Source: the human T2T-CHM13v2.0 reference genome, Homo sapiens
Strand: one strand, 5' to 3'
DNA length: 64,000 nt
Assembly: GCF_009914755.1 (NCBI RefSeq)
Contig: NC_060935.1
Within the stretch, counting starts at the first letter, position 1; each line of letters starts with the position of its first letter. The notes below the pieces were generated by a model. The model was not told where the DNA came from, did not search any database, and was given only the letters and a program-made list of their open reading frames with translations. Positions 56,271 to 64,000 of this stretch are shown in pieces. Position numbers and translations under genes: made by a program.

Positions 56271-57970
56271 TAGTCATGAAGTCTTTGCCCATGCCTATGT
56301 CCTGAATGGTATTGCCTAGGTTTTCTTCTAGGGTTTTTATGGTTTTAGGTCTTACATTTAAATCTTTAATCCATCTTGAGTTAATTTTTGTGTATGGTGT
56401 AAGGAAGTGGTGCAGTTTTAGTTTTCTGCATATGGCTAGCCAGTTTTCCCAATACCACTTATTAAATAGGGAATTCTTTCCCCATTGCTTGTTTTTGTCA
56501 GGTTTGTCAAAGACCAAATGGTTGTAGATGTGTGGTGTTATTTCTGATGCATCTGTTCTGTTCTCTTGGTCTATATATCTGTTTTGGTACCAGGACCATG
56601 TTGTTTTGGTTACTGTAGCCTTGTAGTATAGTTTGAAGTCAGGTAGCATGATGCCTCCAGCTTTGTTCTTTTTGCTTAGGATTGTCTTGGTAATGCGGGC
56701 TCTTTTTTTGTTCCATATGAAATTTAAAGTCGTTTTTTCTAATTCTGAGAAGAAAGTCAATAGTAGCTTCATGGGGATAGCACTGAATCTATAAATTACT
56801 ATGGGCAGAATGGCCATTTTCACGATATTGATTCTTCCTATCCATGAGCATGGAATGTTTTTCCATTTGTTTGTGTCCTCTCTTATTTCCCTGAACAGTG
56901 GTAAAAGTCAAAATTGACAAATGGGTTCTAATTAAACTGCAGCGCTTCTGCACAGCAAAAGAAACTATCATTAGAGTGAACAGGCAACCTACAGAATGGG
57001 AGAAAATTTTTGCAATCTATCCATCTGACAAAGGGCTAATATCCACAATCTACAAAGAGCTTAAACAAATTTACAAGAAAAAAACAACCCCATCAAAAAG
57101 TGGGCAAAGGATATAAACAGACACTTCTCAAAAGAAGACATTTATGCAGCCAACAAAGATATGAAAGAAAGCTCATCATCACTGGTCATTAGGGAAATGC
57201 AAATCAAAACCGCAATGAGATACCATCTCATGCCAGTTAGAATGGTGATCATTAAAAAGTCAGGAAACAACAGATGCTGGAGAGGATGTGGAGAAATGGG
57301 AACACTTTCACACTGTTGGTGGGGGTATAAACTAGTTCAACCATTGTGGAAGACAGTGTGGCAACTCCTCAAGGATCTAGAACCACAAATACCATTTGAG
57401 CCAGCAATCCCAATACTGGGTATATACCCAAAGGATTATAAATCATTCTACTATAAAGACACATGCACAAATATGTTTATTGTGGTACTGTTCACAATAG
57501 CAAAGACTTGGAACCAACCCAAATGCCCATCGATGATAGACTGATTAAAGAAAATGTGGTACATATACACCATGGAATACTATGCAGCCATAAAAAAGGA
57601 TCAGTTCATGTCCTTTGCATGGACATGGATGAAGCTGGAAACCATCATTCTGAGCAAACTATTGCAAGAACAGAAAACCAAACACCGCATTTGCTCACTC
57701 ATAAGTGGGAGTTGACCAAAGAGAACACGTGGACACAGGGAGGGGAACATCACACACCAGGGCCTGTTGCGGATTGGGGGGCAAGGGGATGGATAGCATT
57801 AGGAGAAATACCTAATGTAGATGACAGGTTGATGGGTGCAGCAAACCACCATGGCACGTGTATACCTATGTAACAAACCTGCATGTTCTGCACATGTATC
57901 CCTGAACTTAAAGTATAATAAAAAATTTTTTTAATAAAAATAAAAATCACATTATTAATCATAAAATAAT
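56271..57970. mobile_element. L1PA with 5' inversion
   Basis: Minus ORF2 to ~56898 (ORF 56254-56823), then plus ORF2 end and 3' UTR; flanks AATAATAACACAATT (56256-70) and AATAATAATACAATT (57971-85). Confidence 0.9.
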
Positions 57971-58642
57971 AATAATAATACAATTATCTGTTTTGTCTCT
58001 TTAGAAAATTCCATACTGACAAATTGCAGTCAGATCTGAAGCACTTTCATAGTGCATCAGTACAATTTCTTTCATGATAATAAGTTGCAAGCTTGGAAAT
58101 TGATGAGCTACTTGAAATGCCCTTGGGTCAGGCCAAAATGTGCATGCTGGCTGACCCCCCTGAAGCTAGGTCAAAAAAGGGCCTGGGGAAATGAAGCAGT
58201 CTTTGATGACCTACTTCAGGCAGCCAGTGTGCAGAGCCAAACAACAGGCCAGATTTGAGAGATCAGTTTTCAACAGCTGCTGCAGGAATGCAGTGCTGAT
58301 CTGCCCACGCCAAGTCAGCTGCCACATCTGCCTCACCTGTGCTCAGTACCATGCATGGTATTTGGCATGGAGAAGGATGAGTCACATATGTTTCTGCCCT
58401 CCAAGCTGCTCCCAGTCCTCTGGGAAGGGACTTGAAAAGCAGGGAGAAAACCTTCCTTTTTGAGGCTTTCTTACTAGATCCCTGACTATTTTGGTCTCCA
58501 GCCACGTCCATGGGAGACAGAGGCAGTAATGATGGCAGTGATCATGAGGAAGAAGAGGAGGAGGACCACATGATAGCCACAAGGTTATTTATCATTGATT
58601 GAGTGCCTGGTGTGGGTTGGGCCCTGTAAAGTGCTTTAAAGC

Positions 58643-59412
58643 TGAGGACTAAGCTCTGATTTTTTTTTTATCTTGCCCAAATTTCTATCTAAGTGGTCTG
58701 GGGAGTCATGCCCCACAAACTGTAAGTTCTCATCAGATGGTTTTTATTTAACCATATGTATTGTGACTTACTTTCCAATCTGACTCTGGCATAACAGTAC
58801 ATGACAAAAAAGAAAATCAAAATACTTTACCCTAAATACATGTTTCTTTGCCATATTTTGAAATGGTCCTGCAAAGCTGTCCTTTGTGGGGGAAAATGTG
58901 CATCTGTAAAGAATCTCTATTAACATAGCTAGATCTTTTGCTTCCAGGCTCTCCCAATCACGAAGAAGAGATTAAGTAAGAGTCTAGCGCCTTTTAAAGG
59001 TCTAAAGAGGAAATATTTGTCATCTATTGTCTCTAAGGGCAGCCACTACAAGACTTCAAAAGAGCCTTGGTCTCCACAATCTTTTATCTTAACCTAATCA
59101 TTTCTTTTCTATTGATCCCAGGTCTTTAGATGAACTCAACCAATTGTCAATCAGAAAATGTTTAAATTTACCTATAGCCTGGAAGTCCCCACTTTGAGTT
59201 GTCCTGCCTTTCTGGACCAAACCAATGTATTTCTTAAATGTAGTTGATATCTCATGGCTCCCTAAAATGTATAAAACCAAGCTGCACCCCGACCACCTTG
59301 GGCACATGCTCTCAGGACCTCCTGAGTGCTGTGTCGCAGGCTATGGTCACCCATATTTGGCTCAGAATAAATGTCTTTAATTATTTTACAGAGTTCGACT
59401 CTTTTCTTGACA
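58643..59412 (+). mobile_element. MER4-type (ERV1) solo LTR
   Basis: TGAGGACTAAGCTCTGA...CTCAGAATAAA...TTGACA with TSD AAGC. Confidence 0.85.
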
Positions 59413-59580
59413 AAGCCATTACTACCTTTATTGTTTCCATGGGTTAGTTATTAGTACCACCATTTTACACATGAAGAAACAGAAGCTCAAGTTAAGTAAC
59501 TTGGCTACATTTATACATGGATCCAACCTGAGTTCACATGGGAGAATCTAGGGCTAACTCCAAGTCTCAGTTTTCACATC

Positions 59581-59937
59581 TCTATTAGTCCGTTGTCAAG
59601 CTGCTGATAAAGACATACCTGAGACTGGGTAATTTATAAAGAAAAAGAGGTTTAACGGACTCACAGTTCCACATGGCTGGGGAGGTCTCACAATCATGGT
59701 GGAAGGTGAAGGGCACGTCTTACATGGTGGACGAGAGAATGAGAACCAAGTGAAAGGGGTTTCCTCTTAAAAAAACATCAGATCTCATAAGACTTATTTA
59801 CTACCATAAGAACAGCATGGAGGAAACCATCCCCATGATTCAATTATCTCCCACTGGGTCCCTCCCACAACATGTGGGAACTCTGGGAGCTAAAATTCAA
59901 GGTGAGATTTGGGTGGGGACACAGCCAAATCATATCA
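59581..59937 (-). mobile_element. THE1 solo LTR
   Basis: Typical THE1 text with TSD ACATC. Confidence 0.88.
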
Positions 59938-60754
59938 ACATCTATAAAACAAAAATCACATCTGCCCACCACTGCAAAATTGGTATGAGGCTTCAAGATA
60001 CCCTTAACTTTGCTATATTATTGAATAAGAGTATCTCAGGGGGGCTCTATACTCCCAGGAACCCCCTAATCAGGGGTTAATTGCTCTTTAACAGCTGAAG
60101 TTGCTCAATGTTTTTCTAACTGCACATCGAAGTTAAAAAAAAAAAAAAAACCCAGAACCTTCTTAATGTTTGACCAAGTTGCAATCACCAAATCAAGTTC
60201 TGAGCAGCCATCACCCCATCAACTGAGCCTCCACACTTGTTGATGATGAATACATTCTAAAGGCTTTACAATACAGAAGGAAAATTAATCTTTTTTTGTA
60301 CTATACCCTTATCAGGCCAGGAAAATTGATCTTAATATGGACATAAAAATTCCCCAACCCTTGTGTTTCTTTGGCTATTTATTTCCCTTAGTATAAATTT
60401 CAAATTGCATCATTTTCTTCTCCATCCTGTGAAGAAAAATTATAGCCCAATTCTGGGCTAGTGCAACCCAGTAAGTATGGAAGTAGCCACAGTACGTATG
60501 CACCAAGCATGTTCATGTGAACAAAGCTCCCCACCTGGGCCAGGAGAAGGAAACAGATGAGATCCATGACCACTGCAAAGATGCCTGGCAGGCAGGGCTT
60601 TCTGACAGCAGTTTGGGATTAAAGGCTTCAGTGAGCCATGCATCCTTGCAAAACACTTGCTGTTTTCCCTCAGCTAAAATGGCAGATTTACTAAGGTAAC
60701 CAGATACTTTTGGGAATGAAAGATGGCTCTGTTAGTCATGTAAGAACAATAGGT

Positions 60755-61253
<499 letters not shown>

Positions 61254-61311
61254 CCCAGATAAACTGGACATGTGGTCTCCTTAGGTTTAGGAAAATACCA
61301 CTGATACAAGG

Positions 61312-61665
61312 TGCAATGGACTGAAATTTTGCATCAACTCAAAATTCATATGTTGAAACCCTAATCCCAATGTGATCATATGCGAAGGTAGAGTTTTTGG
61401 GAAGTAATTAGTTCATGAAGTTAGGGTCCTCATTAATGGAATTAGTGCCCTTTTAAAAAGAGATCAGAGAGTGAACTAGCTCTCCATTGGCCATATGGAG
61501 GGTATAGTGAGAAGACAGCCATATGGAAACCAGGAATTGGGCCCTCACCAGACACTGTATCTGCCAGCACCTTGATCTTGAACATCCTATCTTGCAGAAC
61601 CCTGCGAGATTTACGTTGTTTAAGCCACCTACTTCATGGTCTTTTGTTTTAGCTGACTAAGACAC
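61312..61665 (+). mobile_element. MLT1-like MaLR LTR
   Basis: AAAATTCATATGTTGAAACCCTAATCCC...GACTAAGACA. Confidence 0.75.
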
Positions 61666-64000
61666 AAGAGAAGGCTGCAAGAAAATGTTGAGATGGCAGA
61701 TCTGGCAGAACCAGGAACAAATATGCTAGCTTCTGTTTATATGAAGACAAATTCTTGCAAAAAAAAAAAAAATGGAAGAATTCAACTAACAGTTTAAACT
61801 AAAATACTTTTCTAAATGCCTCCACCCTCCACCCTCACAAGGCATGCTGAGAGGACCTGTAATAATGTTTATAGAGCACTGAGATGTGCCTGACCAGAGA
61901 GTGTACTCATTAACATTAGCCAAAAATATTATTAGAGGGAGGAGTGAGAACAGTATCAGTAGTAGCATAAGTCATGGCAAGAATAATAGCAGTAGTCATA
62001 GTGGCATCACACTGTGGGAGAGGGGTATAAGCGGAAGGCCTTTCCGAGAGATCACAGCTGGTCAACATGAGCAACCCAGTCACCTGGGGAAGGAGCAGGA
62101 ATGCGAGGGCGGGAGCAGGCTGCAACAGAGTGGAGGTGGGATGCAGTGGGGGATCCTTTGCAGTTTGGGTTTGCAAACTTAGCCTTCAAGAGGCAACATG
62201 AAATGGGCATCCAACAGATCTGGAATTAAAGACTGACCTGTCACCAACTAGCAGTGAGAACTTGGCCTTGTTATCTGAATTCCCTGACCCCTGGGCTCCT
62301 CATCCATGAAATGTGAAGGATAATGGGCACTTCCTATGGTTGCAGAGAGGATTAAATGACTGCATGTAGTCAAGTGCCTGGCACAAAGGAATTGTTCAGC
62401 AAAGTACTGTCCCATCCCTGGAATTTTATATATAACGAGGAGAAAACTGTGGGAGGCACAATTGAGAGAAAACTCATGTACTGTGCACTCTTTTTTGAAA
62501 CCATGGTATTTTTTTTAACTACACTGAGCACACAGCTTAGAAAGCCACTTTTAAAGAAAACAAAATCTAAAGTACATTAAACCATAGACATCATACATTA
62601 ATTTCTACTTTAGTCTTAATCAAAGGCTTTGGTAGGGTTTGCCTTTGTAAATCCAACACTTCCTCCTCACTTGGAGGCCAAACCCTGCCCATAGCATCCT
62701 CTCAGCTCTGCACGCTCCCCATGTGTTAAGGCCTGATCAGACCTCAGGGTACAAGGCACAGCTGGTTCTCATGGACACACAGGATAGTATGGGGGCTGGA
62801 AATGGGTGGGGAGAGCTAGAATCTAGTAGAAGGCTTACTGATCAACAATGTTTGGGGACCCAAGTTAGATGCTGGCAAGATTAATCTGAGAGCAGCAGGT
62901 AGGATGGGTGGAAGGGAGAGAGACCAGAGGGTAGGGAGACACATAGGAGATTCCAATTCCAGTAAAAGTACAGAGAAAAATCTACCTGGAGTGGTAGCTC
63001 TGTGAATAGAAAGCAGGTGGCAAAGCTAGTAACACTGCAGTGATAAAATCTACAGATTTCAAATAGGTTATAGCAAGCTATTGATTCATTCCGTTACCTG
63101 GCACTTCAGTCACTGTGGCTTAGAACAACCCACCCTCAGGCTTCATCTCTCCTCACCTCCCAACCTATCCTAAGTGCCAACCTGAGAACTGAGAACTCCA
63201 GCACCCTCACTGCTTAACTATCAAAACAGAAATGAGACCACTTGTATCAATATGACTTAGTTATTTGTTCCATGAAAATTTTTGCCGAAGAAGTTAAGGT
63301 TTTATGCCAATAACTAATTTCACTTTTTGTTTCAGGAAATCTTTATAAACCAATAGGTTCTGACAAAGAGTTTGTTCATCTAGGCAAACAGCTCTGCTAT
63401 TAGAATAATAGATATTGTTCACCTGGGAAAACAGCTTCTTAGTAGACAAGTTTATTTATCAAGACTCACTAATGCTAGATTATTATGTCACAAACCTTGC
63501 CCAATACCAATTAGTTACCCATAGTGGAAGACCTGCCTTAAACCATTTGAGCCCAGACCCCAAATATCCACACCCCTTCCAAGATATGTGGTGTCATCCC
63601 TTACTGCAGAGGTTTAATAAACTTAACTTTGATCAGAAGGCTTTCTGGTGAATTTCTGCAGAGTTGACAAGCATCAGTGCAAACCTGACAACTGAATGTA
63701 CAAACATGAACTATTCCAACAGTTTTGCCCATGCACAGGAAGCCCATTCTTGCTTGAACCCTGATGTTCTGAGAGACCATGATGACTGACACAACACCTT
63801 CCTCTGGGAACATTTTTTGTTTCCCTCACTCTGTGGGGCCTCTTCCTTCTCTGAACTCACCATACACACTCTTGGTGTTGTTTCCTTTTTTTTTGCTTCA
63901 TATTAGAGCTCTCTATGCATTTGTATTATTGTTGTTTCTGGACTATGAGCTCCCAGGGGTAGAGATTGCGGTGGTCAATTGTATTTCATGTGACGATCCC

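Noticed and set aside
56254-57873. L1 ORF2-like ORFs of 72-189 aa
   Set aside because: Fragments of a truncated, inverted L1 with stops and frameshifts.

Overview
Human genomic DNA containing the complete two-exon melatonin receptor 1B gene MTNR1B (11q14.3 by recognition; + strand, CDS 22561-22783 joined to 34283-35148, 362 aa, CpG-island promoter). This haplotype encodes Glu24 (known G24E variant) and has C at the intronic type 2 diabetes/fasting-glucose SNP site rs10830963 (28379). The rest is transposon-rich: a gag/pro-deleted HERV-K (probably HML-7/MER11D) provirus whose RT frame is stop-free for 389 codons to the window edge, a collapsed HERV-L/MLT2A element, THE1/MER4/MER21 LTRs, five 5'-inverted L1s, many Alus, Tigger elements and a recent ~440-bp tandem repeat. 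I found no convincing new biological system. The best leads are the open RT frame, candidate cryptic MTNR1B exons, DUX4-type motifs and several retrotransposition/repair scars. Repeat subfamily names and SNP identities come from recall, not database searches.
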